A stretch of DNA of 64,000 nt from NCBI RefSeq assembly GCF_046542825.1, contig NZ_JBKHAQ010000002.1, positions 5,407 to 69,406 of the forward strand. The letters are read 5' to 3'. This document shows, piece after piece, positions 49,927 to 61,506 of the stretch. Source of the DNA: Rhodosalinus sp. Its GTDB lineage: Bacteria > Pseudomonadota > Alphaproteobacteria > Rhodobacterales > Rhodobacteraceae. The notes under the pieces were generated by a model, which was given only the letters and a program-made list of their open reading frames with translations, did no database searches and was not told where the DNA came from. Numbering within the stretch: position 1 is the first letter of the stretch; every line of letters starts with the position of its first letter. Made by a program: the position numbers and the translations under genes.

Positions 49927-50493
49927 ATGGACGAAAAGCCGACCGCGCTGGACCTGCCCCCGGTCGATCCGCTGCCCGAGGCAACGCGGAAATATTTCGA
50001 GGTCTGCGAGGACAAGCTTGGCATGGTGCCCAACGTCCTGCGCGCCTACGCCTTCGACACCACCAAGCTGGACGCCTTCACGGCGATGTACAATGACCTG
50101 ATGCTGGCCGACTCGGGGCTGTCCAAGCTCGAGCGCGAGATGATCGCGGTGGTCGTCTCGGCTGTGAACCGCTGCTATTACTGCCTGACGGCGCATGGCG
50201 CGGCGGTGCGGCAGTTGTCGGGCGATCCGAAGCTGGGCGAGATGCTGGTGATGAACTGGCGGGTTGCCGAGCTGGACGCGCGGCACACCGCGATGCTGAC
50301 CTTCGCGGAGAAGGTGACGAAGGCCAGCGCGGAAATCTCCGAGTTCGACCGCGAGGCGCTGCGCAGCGTCGGCTTCTCGGACCGCGACATCTGGGACATC
50401 GCGGCGGTGGCGGGCTTTTTCAACATGACGAACCGGGTGGCCAGCGCGACCGCGATGAAGCCCAACGATGCCTATCACGCGCAGGCGCGCTGA
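49927..50493 (+). CDS. Peroxidase-related (AhpD/CMD family) protein
   Basis: LGMVPNV, EREMIAVVVSAVNRCYYCLTAHG, FFNMTNR. Confidence 0.9.
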   Translation: MDEKPTALDLPPVDPLPEATRKYFEVCEDKLGMVPNVLRAYAFDTTKLDAFTAMYNDLMLADSGLSKLEREMIAVVVSAVNRCYYCLTAHGAAVRQLSGDPKLGEMLVMNWRVAELDARHTAMLTFAEKVTKASAEISEFDREALRSVGFSDRDIWDIAAVAGFFNMTNRVASATAMKPNDAYHAQAR

Positions 50494-51418
50494 AGCGGCC
50501 CTTGCGGGGCTCTTCCTGCTCGTCGCCGGGCCGGTCCCCGCCGCCGTCGAGCTCGATCTGCCCGCGGGCGCCGGTCTTGCCGCGGAAGAGCAGAGCGCGC
50601 GCGACAGCCACCTTGTGCCGGCCGGCTCCTGGAGCGCCGAGGACGGCGTGCCCGGCCTGCGCGCCGAGGGCACCGTGACGCGCCGGGTCTGGCGCTTCGA
50701 CGGGCCGGGCCGCACCACGCTGCAACTGATTGCGCCTCTGCGCGAACAGCTTCGCGCGCAGGGATTCGAGGTGCTCTTCGAATGCCGCGACCGTGCCTGC
50801 GGCGGCTTCGACTTCCGCTTCGAGATCGAGGTGCTGCCGGCCCCGGCGATGTATGTGGACCTCACGCGCTACAGGTTCCTGTCGGCGCTGCGCGTGCGCG
50901 GGGACGGGGCCGCCGACCACGTCACGCTCCTGGCCAGCCGGACGGACAGGGCAGGATATCTGCAGCTGGTCCATGTGGCGAGCGGCGGCGCGGCGCCTTT
51001 GGAAACACGCGCGCCGGCGGCGCAGACGGCCGCTCCCGCGCTGCCGCTTGCAGAGGCGCTCGAGGCGCGCGGGCACGCGGTGCTGGAGGGGCTGGATTTC
51101 GCAAGCGGCTCGTCGGAGCTGTCGGACCGTGTCTATCCCGTTCTGGAGGCGCTGGCGGCCTATCTTGTCGCCGATGAAGGCCGCGTCGTCGTGCTTGTCG
51201 GGCATACCGACGCGGTGGGCGCGCTCGACGGCAACGTCGCCCTGTCGCGCGCGCGGGCAGAGGCGGTGCTGCGCCGGCTGGTGGAGCGGCACGGCGTGCC
51301 GCCCGCGCAACTGCGGGCCGAGGGCGTGGGCTATCTGGCCCCCGTGGCCACGAACCTGACGGCAGCGGGCCGCGAGGTCAACCGGCGGGTCGAGGCGGTG
51401 CTGGCCTCTGCCGACTGA
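50468..51418 (+). CDS. OmpA-family peptidoglycan-binding protein
   Basis: Signal peptide; CRDRACGGFDFRF N-domain; VGHTD..G...N..LSRARA, NRRVE. Confidence 0.88.
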   Translation: MPITRRRAEAALAGLFLLVAGPVPAAVELDLPAGAGLAAEEQSARDSHLVPAGSWSAEDGVPGLRAEGTVTRRVWRFDGPGRTTLQLIAPLREQLRAQGFEVLFECRDRACGGFDFRFEIEVLPAPAMYVDLTRYRFLSALRVRGDGAADHVTLLASRTDRAGYLQLVHVASGGAAPLETRAPAAQTAAPALPLAEALEARGHAVLEGLDFASGSSELSDRVYPVLEALAAYLVADEGRVVVLVGHTDAVGALDGNVALSRARAEAVLRRLVERHGVPPAQLRAEGVGYLAPVATNLTAAGREVNRRVEAVLASAD

Positions 51419-51440
51419 AGTGCCGTGCGGTCCCTTTACT

Positions 51441-51458
51441 TATTCCAGGTTCTGAATA
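51441..51458. promoter_or_regulatory. Putative SqrR/BigR-type operator (ATTC-N8-GAAT)
   Basis: TATTC-CAGGTTCT-GAATA in an AT-rich patch 34 bp upstream of SulP. Confidence 0.6.
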
Positions 51459-51492
51459 CATAGCACGCAAGCCCCAGGACCGGAGACGCCCC

Positions 51493-53238
51493 ATGTCCCT
51501 GCCGAACCGCGCCGCGCTGGAGCGGCACCTGCCCATCCTGCAATGGTCACGCGGCTACACGCGCGACACGCTGACCTCGGACGTGGTCGCGGCGGTGATC
51601 GTGACGATCATGCTGATCCCGCAGTCGCTGGCCTATGCGCTGCTGGCGGGGCTGCCTGCGGAGATGGGGCTTTACGCCTCGATCCTGCCGCTGGTGGCCT
51701 ACGCCATCTTCGGCACCTCTCGGGCGCTGGCGGTCGGCCCTGTCGCGGTGATCAGCCTGATGACCGCGGCTGCCATCGCCAACCTCGGCATCACCGATCC
51801 CGCGCAATATGCGGCCGCCGCGATCACGCTTGCCTTCCTCTCCGGCGCGATCCTGACGGTCATGGGGGTCTTTCGGCTGGGGTTCCTGGCGAACTTCCTG
51901 AGCCATCCGGTGATCGCGGGCTTCATCACAGCATCCGGAATCCTGATCGCCACCTCGCAGCTCAAGCATATCCTGGGCATCGAGGCGCAGGGGCATACCC
52001 TGCCGGAACTGGTGACCTCGCTCTGGGCGCATCTGCCGGAGACGAACCTCTACACCCTCGCCATCGGCGTCGCGGCGACGGCCTTCCTGTTCTGGGTGCG
52101 CAAGGGGTTCAAGCCGCTTCTGCTGAAAACGGGGATGAAGCCGCGACTGGCCGACATCCTGGCCAAGGCGGGGCCGGTGCTTGCCGTTGCGGTCACGACA
52201 CTGGTCGTCTTCGGCTTCGGGCTGGGCGAGCGGGGCGTCGACATCGTGGGCACCGTGCCGCAGGGGCTGCCGCCGCTCACCGCGCCGCGGCTCGATCTCG
52301 ACCTGATCGCGCAGCTTTTCGTGCCGGCGCTGATGATCTCGATCATCGGATTCGTCGAATCGGTCTCGGTCGCGCAGACGCTGGCCGCGAAGAAACGCCA
52401 GCGCATCGTGCCGGACCAGGAACTGGTGGGCCTTGGCACGTCGAACATCGCGGCCTCGATCACCGGCGGCTATCCCGTCACCGGCGGCTTCGCCCGGTCG
52501 GTGGTGAACTTCGACGCCGGCGCCGAGACGCCGGCGGCCGGCGCCTACACGGCCGTGGGCATCCTGGTCGCCGCGCTGCTGCTGACGCCGCTGCTGTTCT
52601 TCCTGCCCACGGCGACGCTCGCCGCGACGATCATCGTTGCGGTGCTGAGCCTCGTGGACTTTTCCATCCTGCGCCACGCCTGGGGCTACTCCAGGGTGGA
52701 TTTCGCCGCCGTCTCTGCCACGATCCTGCTGACGCTGGGCTTCGGGGTTGAGGTGGGCGTGGCCGCGGGTGTCGCGCTGTCGATCGCGCTGCACCTTTAC
52801 AAGACCTCGCGCCCGCATGTGGCCGAGGTGGGCCGCGTGCCCGGCACCGAGCATTTCCGCAACATCCTGCGCCACGAGGTCGAGACGCATCCCGCGGTCG
52901 TCACGCTGCGGGTGGACGAAAGCCTCTATTTCGCCAACGCCGCCTTCCTGCAGGATTACGTCTACGACCGCGTGGTGAAGGACAAGGACGTGCGCCATGT
53001 GGTGCTGATGTTCTCGGCGGTGAACGAGGTGGATCTCTCGGCGCTCGAAAGCCTCGAGGCGATCAACCGGCGGCTGGCGGACATGGACATCCGCCTGCAC
53101 CTGTCCGAGGTGAAGGGGCCCGTGATGGACCGGCTCAAGCGCAGCCATTTCCTCGACGACCTGAGCGGCAAGGTCTTTCTTTCCCAGCACGACGCGATGC
53201 GCGCGCTTGCCCCGAAGAAGCCGCGCGCGGCGGAATAG
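51493..53238 (+). CDS. SulP family inorganic anion transporter with STAS domain
   Basis: IPQSLAYALLAGLP..GLY, GTSR.LAVGP, TGGFARSVVN, LYFANA, VDLSAL. Confidence 0.93.
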   Translation: MSLPNRAALERHLPILQWSRGYTRDTLTSDVVAAVIVTIMLIPQSLAYALLAGLPAEMGLYASILPLVAYAIFGTSRALAVGPVAVISLMTAAAIANLGITDPAQYAAAAITLAFLSGAILTVMGVFRLGFLANFLSHPVIAGFITASGILIATSQLKHILGIEAQGHTLPELVTSLWAHLPETNLYTLAIGVAATAFLFWVRKGFKPLLLKTGMKPRLADILAKAGPVLAVAVTTLVVFGFGLGERGVDIVGTVPQGLPPLTAPRLDLDLIAQLFVPALMISIIGFVESVSVAQTLAAKKRQRIVPDQELVGLGTSNIAASITGGYPVTGGFARSVVNFDAGAETPAAGAYTAVGILVAALLLTPLLFFLPTATLAATIIVAVLSLVDFSILRHAWGYSRVDFAAVSATILLTLGFGVEVGVAAGVALSIALHLYKTSRPHVAEVGRVPGTEHFRNILRHEVETHPAVVTLRVDESLYFANAAFLQDYVYDRVVKDKDVRHVVLMFSAVNEVDLSALESLEAINRRLADMDIRLHLSEVKGPVMDRLKRSHFLDDLSGKVFLSQHDAMRALAPKKPRAAE

Positions 53239-53349
53239 GCCCCTCGTCTTCCGAGCGCGCCCTCGCGCGGGCTGTTTCGCGTGGCTTCGGCCCCTCGCGC
53301 GTCCGACAGGAACCCATGTGTCCGCGGCGGGCCGGGTGGCGACAAGGAA

Positions 53350-53376
53350 GCTCCGGCGTGACCGACGCGCCGGAGC
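53350..53376 (-). terminator. Hairpin between convergent SulP and LysR genes
   Basis: GCTCCGGCG-N9-CGCCGGAGC, followed on the minus strand by TTCCTTGT (weak U-tract). Confidence 0.4.
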
Positions 53377-53403
53377 CTCCGGTCCCCCCGGGGACGGAAG
53401 CCC

Positions 53404-54309
53404 TTACCAGTCGGCGGGCCCCTTTTCGGCGAAGGCGTGCACGAGGAAGTCGATGAAGGCGCGGACCTTGGGCTGCGTGAAACGGCCCGGTGGATAGACC
53501 GCGTAGATGCCCTGTGTCTCCATCGGCAACTCCGGGATCGCGTCCACGACGTGGCCCTCGGCCATCGCCGGCGCATAGAGGAACGACGGCAGATAGGCGA
53601 TGCCCAGGCCCGCGACGCAGGCATTGAGCAGCGACTGCCCGTCGTTGACGCTGAGCCAGCCGGCCGTGCGGACCTGACGTTTCTCGCCCGAAGGGGCGGT
53701 GATGCGCCAGACGCTGCCCGACGACTGGCTGGAATAGTGCAGCAGCTTGTGTTCGTTCAGGTCGTCGATCCGGCTGGGCCGGCCGTGGCGCTGGAAGTAG
53801 GAGGGCGCACCGACCATCCGCTTCGCCGTATCTGCAAGCTTGCGGGCGCGCAGGCTCGAATCCTGCAGGTCGCCGATCCGCACTGCCATGTCGAAGCCTT
53901 CCGAGATCAGTTCGACGTAGCGGTTGTTGAGCACCATGTTGATGCTGATGTCGGGAAACTCGTGCAGGAACTCGCCCAGGATCGGCGAAAGGTGATTCAC
54001 CCCGAAGTCCGTCGCCACCGAGATGCGCAGCAGGCCCGAGGGCGCGGACTGCATCGAGGTGACAAGCGCGTCGGCCTCGCCTGCATCGTTCAGCACGCGC
54101 CGCGCCCGGTCGTAATAGGCCAGGCCGATTTCCGTGGGGCTCACGCGCCGCGTGGTGCGGTTGAGCAGCCGTGCGCCCAGCCGTGCCTCAAGGCTCGCCA
54201 CATGCTTGGAGACGGCGGACTTGGAGATGCCGAGCTTTCTCGCCGCGTCGGTGAAGCCGCCCTGGTCCACGACAGTCGCGAAAGCCTCCATTTCCGTCAG
54301 TCGGTCCAT
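53404..54309 (-). CDS. LysR family transcriptional regulator (CrgA-like)
   Basis: GGFTDAARKLGISKSAVSKHVASLEARLGARLLNRTTR; PKVRAFIDF. Confidence 0.94.
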   Translation of the reverse strand: MDRLTEMEAFATVVDQGGFTDAARKLGISKSAVSKHVASLEARLGARLLNRTTRRVSPTEIGLAYYDRARRVLNDAGEADALVTSMQSAPSGLLRISVATDFGVNHLSPILGEFLHEFPDISINMVLNNRYVELISEGFDMAVRIGDLQDSSLRARKLADTAKRMVGAPSYFQRHGRPSRIDDLNEHKLLHYSSQSSGSVWRITAPSGEKRQVRTAGWLSVNDGQSLLNACVAGLGIAYLPSFLYAPAMAEGHVVDAIPELPMETQGIYAVYPPGRFTQPKVRAFIDFLVHAFAEKGPADW

Positions 54310-54451
54310 TACGTCACCTCTTCCAACGCCTGTCGCACGGGGTCCTGAGTCGCCCGGAATTCGGGCGGTTTTGGGACGGAGGGCCGACAATACGAGGGAG
54401 CTTCATGGAGGCGCCGCCACAGCGGAAACGTTCCGGCGCCAGGCATTGGAC

Positions 54452-54530
54452 GAAGAATTTCCTGCGAAAATTCCTCTGCCGGCGGGCGTGGCTGTCCGCA
54501 AATCCTCCGGTCGAAGGATTTGGGGACAGC
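54452..54530. repeat. Paired-palindrome element, family A copy 4 (degenerate)
   Basis: GAAGAATTTCCTGCGAAAATTCCTC then GCTGTCC.CAAATCCT-N8-AGGATTTG.GGACAGC. Confidence 0.6.
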
Positions 54531-54532
54531 GG

Positions 54533-56668
<2,136 letters not shown>

Positions 56669-56683
56669 CTACCGAAGCGCAGG

Positions 56684-57610
56684 ATGCTGGAGATCTTCCT
56701 CGAAACGCTGCCCTTCTTCGGGTTGATCGGCCTTGGCTACTCGGCCGGGCGCACGGGGTTCTTCGGCGCGGAGGCCACGGCCTATCTCACCAAGTTCGTG
56801 TTCTACTTCGCGCTTTCGGCGATGCTGTTCCGCTTCGCGGCGAACCTGTCGCTGGGCGAGGTGCTGAACTGGCGGCTGGTGGGTGCCTATCTCTGGGCGA
56901 CGGCGCTTGTCTATGCGGTGGCGATGCTGGTGGCCTTCCTGCGCCGGCTCGACACGCCCACCGCGGCGGTCGAGGCGCAATGCGCGGCGATCGGCAACAC
57001 GGGCTTTCTGGGCGTGCCGATGCTGACGCTGCTTCTGGGGCCCGACGCGATCGGCCCGATCATGCTGGTGCTCGCCGTCGACCTGATCGTGTTCTCCAGC
57101 CTGATCGTGATCCTTGTCACCGGCGCGCGCGACGGTCGCATGTCGGTGCGGATCCTCGGCACCGTCGGGCTGGGGCTGTTGAAGAACCCGATGATCGTGG
57201 CGATCTCGCTTGGCTTCCTGTGGTCGGCTGCGGGTGTTCCCATACCCGGCCCGGCAAACGACTTCCTCGCCCTGCTTGGGGCCGCGGCCACGCCCGGCGC
57301 GCTCTTCGCCATCGGTGCCTCGCTGGCCAGCAAATCGGCCGAGCGGGTCAGCATCGCGGTCTGGCTCAGCTTCGCCAAGCTGGTGCTGCACCCCGCGGCC
57401 GTGGCGCTCGCGGTCTTCGTGCTGTTCCCGGTGGACGCCTACAGCGCAGGTGTCGTCACCGCCGCGGCGGCCTTGCCCGTGGCGGGCAATGTCTACATTC
57501 TGGCGCAGCATTACGGGGTCGCGCCGCAGCGCGTCTCGGCCGCGATCCTGATCTCGACGGCGGCCAGCATCCTGACCGTCACCTGGATCATCGCGCAGCT
57601 GCCCGGCTGA
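56684..57610 (+). CDS. AEC (auxin efflux carrier) family transporter
   Basis: About 10 TM segments; FVFYFAL, GNTGFLGVP, KNPM, ALPVAGNVY. Confidence 0.9.
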   Translation: MLEIFLETLPFFGLIGLGYSAGRTGFFGAEATAYLTKFVFYFALSAMLFRFAANLSLGEVLNWRLVGAYLWATALVYAVAMLVAFLRRLDTPTAAVEAQCAAIGNTGFLGVPMLTLLLGPDAIGPIMLVLAVDLIVFSSLIVILVTGARDGRMSVRILGTVGLGLLKNPMIVAISLGFLWSAAGVPIPGPANDFLALLGAAATPGALFAIGASLASKSAERVSIAVWLSFAKLVLHPAAVALAVFVLFPVDAYSAGVVTAAAALPVAGNVYILAQHYGVAPQRVSAAILISTAASILTVTWIIAQLPG

Positions 57611-57622
57611 GGGAGAAGGGCC

Positions 57623-58315
57623 ATGTTTCACACCGGAGAGGTCGTCTACGAGCCGCTGCCGCTGCCCGACCGGCGCGAGATGACGGACGAGCAGATGCGC
57701 GCGGCCGCCCGCGCCGTCCATGACGATATGCGCAGGCGGCATTCGGTGCGCGATTTTTCCGACCGCGCGGTCCCCGAAGAGGTGATTGCCGACTGCGTGC
57801 GCACGGCCGGCACCGCGCCCTCGGGCGCGAACCACCAGCCCTGGCATTTCGTGGCGATCGCCGATCCGGCGATGAAGGCCCGGATCCGCGCGGCCGCCGA
57901 GGCGGAGGAGGAAAGATTCTATGCCGGCGGCGCGGGCGCCGAATGGCTGCGCGCGCTGGAGCCCATCGGGACGGGCGCGGAGAAGCCGCACCTGACAACC
58001 GCGCCCTGGCTCATCGTGGTTTTCGCCCAGCGCTACGGGGTGACGAAGGACGGCGAACGCTACAAGAACTACTACGTGCCCGAAAGCGTGGGCATCGCCA
58101 CCGGCTTCCTGATCGCGGCGCTGCACCGGGCCGGGCTGTCGTGCCTGACGCATACCCCTAACCCGATGAAGTTCCTCAACGAGCTCTGCGACAGGCCGGA
58201 GCACGAGAAGCCGGTGATGATCCTGGTCGTGGGGCATCCGGCGCCGGGGGCGACCGTGCCGCGCGTGGCCAAGATGAAGAAACCGCTGGAAGAGATCCTG
58301 ACGCTGCGGCGCTGA
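57623..58315 (+). CDS. Nitroreductase-superfamily flavoprotein, iodotyrosine deiodinase (IYD)-like
   Basis: RRHSVRDFS, TAPSGANHQPW, EEERFY, KPHL..AP, YYVPESVGIA, LTHTP. Confidence 0.8.
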   Translation: MFHTGEVVYEPLPLPDRREMTDEQMRAAARAVHDDMRRRHSVRDFSDRAVPEEVIADCVRTAGTAPSGANHQPWHFVAIADPAMKARIRAAAEAEEERFYAGGAGAEWLRALEPIGTGAEKPHLTTAPWLIVVFAQRYGVTKDGERYKNYYVPESVGIATGFLIAALHRAGLSCLTHTPNPMKFLNELCDRPEHEKPVMILVVGHPAPGATVPRVAKMKKPLEEILTLRR

Positions 58316-58570
58316 CGCCGGCCAGGCGGGGCCTGTCGCCTGCGCGCCCAGGCGCGGGATGCCCGCCCGCACTCTGTGCCTGTGGTCCGTTGGAACCGCC
58401 CGTGCGCCCCTGACCTGCCGGTCCGCCCGCGGACATCGTGATTGGACGGGCCGCCTCCGGCGGGCATCCCGGCGAGCCTGGCAGGTGGCCGCACCACGGT
58501 CTTGCGTTTGCCGCCGCGTCCGGGCCTGTTAAGCACGCTGGCGACACATCCACGAAAGGACGCCGCGCCC

Positions 58571-59401
58571 ATGCAGACCGTTTCCGAGAATCGCGCCTTT
58601 GGCGGCGTGCAGGGGGTCTATACCCACACCTCCGCCGCCTGTTCCTGCGACATGACCTTTGGCCTCTTCCTGCCGCCACAGGCCGCACGCGGGCCGGTGC
58701 CGGTACTGTGGTATCTCTCGGGGCTCACCTGCACGCACGAGAACGCGATGATCAAGGCGGGCGCGCAGGGCTGGGCGGCGCGGCACGGGATCGCCGTGGT
58801 CTTTCCCGACACCAGCCCACGGGGCGAGGGCGTGGCGGACGATGACCACTACGACCTTGGACAGGGTGCGGGCTTCTACGTGAACGCCACGCAGAGCCCC
58901 TGGGCGCCGCATTTCCGCATGTGGGACTACGTGGCAGAGGAGCTTCCCGCCCTGCTGTCCGAGCATTTCGCCATCGACCCCGCCCGGCAGGCGATCACCG
59001 GCCATTCGATGGGCGGGCACGGTGCGCTGACGCTGGCGATGGGGCTGCCGGGGCGCTACGCCTCGGTCTCGGCCTTCGCGCCGATCGCGCATCCCACATC
59101 GGCCGACTGGGGGCGCAAGCAGCTGGATGCCTACCTCGGCCCGGACGAGGCGGCCTGGGCGGCGCATGATTCGACCCTGCTGATGCGCGCGCAGGGCTTT
59201 GCTGGCCCCGTGCTGATCGACCAGGGACTGTCGGACCAGTTCATCGACACGCTGAAACCCGAGGCGCTGGCCGAGGCGATGGCGGCGCGCCGTCAGGCGG
59301 GAACGCTGCGCCTGCAGACGGGCTACGATCACAGCTATTTCTTCGTGGCGAGCGTCATGGAGGATCACGTCGCCTTCCACGCCGAGGCGCTGGGCGCGTG
59401 A
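58571..59401 (+). CDS. fghA: S-formylglutathione hydrolase
   Basis: [39 protein letters not shown]; AAAGGA RBS. Confidence 0.95.
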   Translation: MQTVSENRAFGGVQGVYTHTSAACSCDMTFGLFLPPQAARGPVPVLWYLSGLTCTHENAMIKAGAQGWAARHGIAVVFPDTSPRGEGVADDDHYDLGQGAGFYVNATQSPWAPHFRMWDYVAEELPALLSEHFAIDPARQAITGHSMGGHGALTLAMGLPGRYASVSAFAPIAHPTSADWGRKQLDAYLGPDEAAWAAHDSTLLMRAQGFAGPVLIDQGLSDQFIDTLKPEALAEAMAARRQAGTLRLQTGYDHSYFFVASVMEDHVAFHAEALGA

Positions 59402-59847
59402 CGGTCTACGTCGATGCCGACGCCTGCCCGGTCAAGGCCGAGGCCGAGCGGGTGGCGACCCGGCATCGCGTGCCGCTCAAGCTGGTCAGCAACGGCGGGC
59501 TGCGCCCCTCGGCCAACCCGCTGGTGGAGGTGATCGTGGTGCCCGAAGGCCCCGACGAGGCAGACCGCTGGATCGCGGAGCGCGCGGGGCAGGGGGACGT
59601 GGTGGTGACCGCCGACATCCCGCTGGCCGCGCGCTGCGTGGAGGCGGGCGCGCAGGTGCTCAAGCCCGACGGCGCGGCGCTCAACGCGCGCAACGTGGGC
59701 CAGGCGCTGGCGATGCGCGACCTGATGACCGACCTGCGCGCCGCGGATCCTTTCCGCCAGGGCGGCGGGCGCAGCTTCGGCAAGGCGGATCGGTCGCGCT
59801 TTCTCGATGCGCTGGAGCGGGCGCTGCGCGCGGCTTCGCAGGCCTGA
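59398..59847 (+). CDS. YaiI/YqxD (DUF188) family protein
   Basis: [23 protein letters not shown]. Confidence 0.92.
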   Translation: MTVYVDADACPVKAEAERVATRHRVPLKLVSNGGLRPSANPLVEVIVVPEGPDEADRWIAERAGQGDVVVTADIPLAARCVEAGAQVLKPDGAALNARNVGQALAMRDLMTDLRAADPFRQGGGRSFGKADRSRFLDALERALRAASQA

Positions 59848-59899
59848 GCGGACGGCTTTACAACGCGGCGCGGCTCGCGTTTCCTGACGTGGGCGCGAG

Positions 59900-59945
59900 G
59901 CAAAATCCTTGGAAGGATTTTGCAAGGCGCTTGCAAGCGCCTTGC
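59900..59945. repeat. Paired palindromes, family A-like copy 5
   Basis: GCAAAATCCTT-GG-AAGGATTTTGC overlapping perfect 24-bp GCAAGGCGCTTGCAAGCGCCTTGC. Confidence 0.65.
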
Positions 59946-59971
59946 CCCCGGCCGAAAGCGAAAGGAGAGCG

Positions 59972-60592
59972 ATGCAACCCCATGCGGTGATCTTCGACAT
60001 CGGCAACGTGCTGATCGAATGGCAGCCCGAGCGGTTCTACGATGCGGAGATCGGCGAGGCGCGGCGGCGCGCGATGTTCGCCGCCGTCGACCTGCACGGC
60101 ATGAATGACGAGGTGGACCGCGGCGCAGACTTCCGCGAAACGATCTATGCCACCGCCGAGCGCCACCCCGAGTTCCGCGACGAGATCCGCATGTGGCACG
60201 ACCGCTGGATCGAGCTCGCGCAGCCCGTGATCCCGCAGTCGCTGCGCCTTATGCAGGCGCTGCAGGCACGCGGCGTCCCGGTCTTCGCGCTGACCAACTT
60301 CGGCATCGGCAGCTTCGAGGTGGCCCGCGGCCACTATCCCTTCCTGGAGGCCTTCGACCGCGCCTTCGTGTCGGGGCACATGGGCGTGATCAAGCCCGAG
60401 CCCGAGATCTATGCGATGGTCGAGGCGGAAACGGGCCTTGCCCCCGAGCGACTGATCTTCACCGACGATCGCGCGGAAAACCTCGCCGCCGCCGCCGCGC
60501 GCGGCTGGCAGACGCACCATTTCACCGGTCCCGCCGGCTGGGCGCGGCGCTTGGTCGCGGCGGGCCTGCTCGACGACAGGGAGGCGGCTTGA
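59972..60592 (+). CDS. HAD family phosphatase
   Basis: FDIGNVL, LTNF, KPEPEIY, FTDD; AAAGGAG RBS. Confidence 0.92.
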   Translation: MQPHAVIFDIGNVLIEWQPERFYDAEIGEARRRAMFAAVDLHGMNDEVDRGADFRETIYATAERHPEFRDEIRMWHDRWIELAQPVIPQSLRLMQALQARGVPVFALTNFGIGSFEVARGHYPFLEAFDRAFVSGHMGVIKPEPEIYAMVEAETGLAPERLIFTDDRAENLAAAAARGWQTHHFTGPAGWARRLVAAGLLDDREAA

Positions 60593-61506
60593 GCGTTCCC
60601 GTCATTCCCTTCGCCGAAGGCGAGGCGCGGCTGGACTGGCTGGCGCTCTGCGACGCCTTCGAGGCCGGCCACCGGATGCCGCGCGCCGAGATCGGCGACA
60701 CCTTCCTTTACCGCGGTGCCGACACGCTGCTGTCGCGCGCGGCCTGGATCGACGGGCTGGGCATCGCGGTGAAAACTGCCACCATCTTTCCCGGCAACGG
60801 CGCGCACGGGCTGGCCAGCGTCAACGGCGGCGTGAACCTCTACGCCGACGACACGGGGCTGCTGGAGGCGATCGTGGACTTCCACCTCGTGACCAAGTGG
60901 AAGACCGCCGGTGACAGCCTGACCGCCGCGCGCCGGCTCGCCCGGCCCGACAGCCGCGAGATCCTGATCGTGGGCGCGGGCACCGTGGGCCGCTCGCTGC
61001 GCGAGGCCTACGGCACGGCCTTTCCCGATGCGCGCTTCACCCTCTGGAACCGGTCGCGCGTGCGGGCCGATGAGATGGCCGCCGACTTTCCCGGCACGGT
61101 CGTGGCCGACGACCTGGAGGCGGCGGTGCGCGCCGCCGACATCGTGACCTCGGCCACCATGACGAAGGCGCCGCTGATCCGCGGCGACTGGCTGCGCCCG
61201 GGCCAGCACCTCGACCTGATCGGCGCCTTCCGCCCCGACATGCGCGAAGCCGACGATGCGGCGCTTGCCCGCGCGCGCGTCTTCGTCGACAGCCGCGACA
61301 CCACCCTGGGCCACATCGGCGAGTTGAAGATTCCCGTCGAGGCGGGCGCCTTCCGCGCCGAGGACATCGTCGCCGACTATTACGACCCGCCCGACCGGTT
61401 CCGCCGCGAGAGCGACGAGGAGATCACCCTCTTCAAGAACGGCGGCGGCGCGCATCTGGACCTGATGTGCGCGCGCTACATCCTCTCGAGGTGGCAGGCC
61501 GGCTGA
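60589..61506 (+). CDS. Ornithine cyclodeaminase / mu-crystallin family protein
   Basis: VKTATIFPGN, TKWKTAGDS, GAGTVG, IGAFRPDMRE, TLFKNGGGAHLD; TTG start overlaps upstream stop. Confidence 0.88.
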   Translation: MSVPVIPFAEGEARLDWLALCDAFEAGHRMPRAEIGDTFLYRGADTLLSRAAWIDGLGIAVKTATIFPGNGAHGLASVNGGVNLYADDTGLLEAIVDFHLVTKWKTAGDSLTAARRLARPDSREILIVGAGTVGRSLREAYGTAFPDARFTLWNRSRVRADEMAADFPGTVVADDLEAAVRAADIVTSATMTKAPLIRGDWLRPGQHLDLIGAFRPDMREADDAALARARVFVDSRDTTLGHIGELKIPVEAGAFRAEDIVADYYDPPDRFRRESDEEITLFKNGGGAHLDLMCARYILSRWQAG

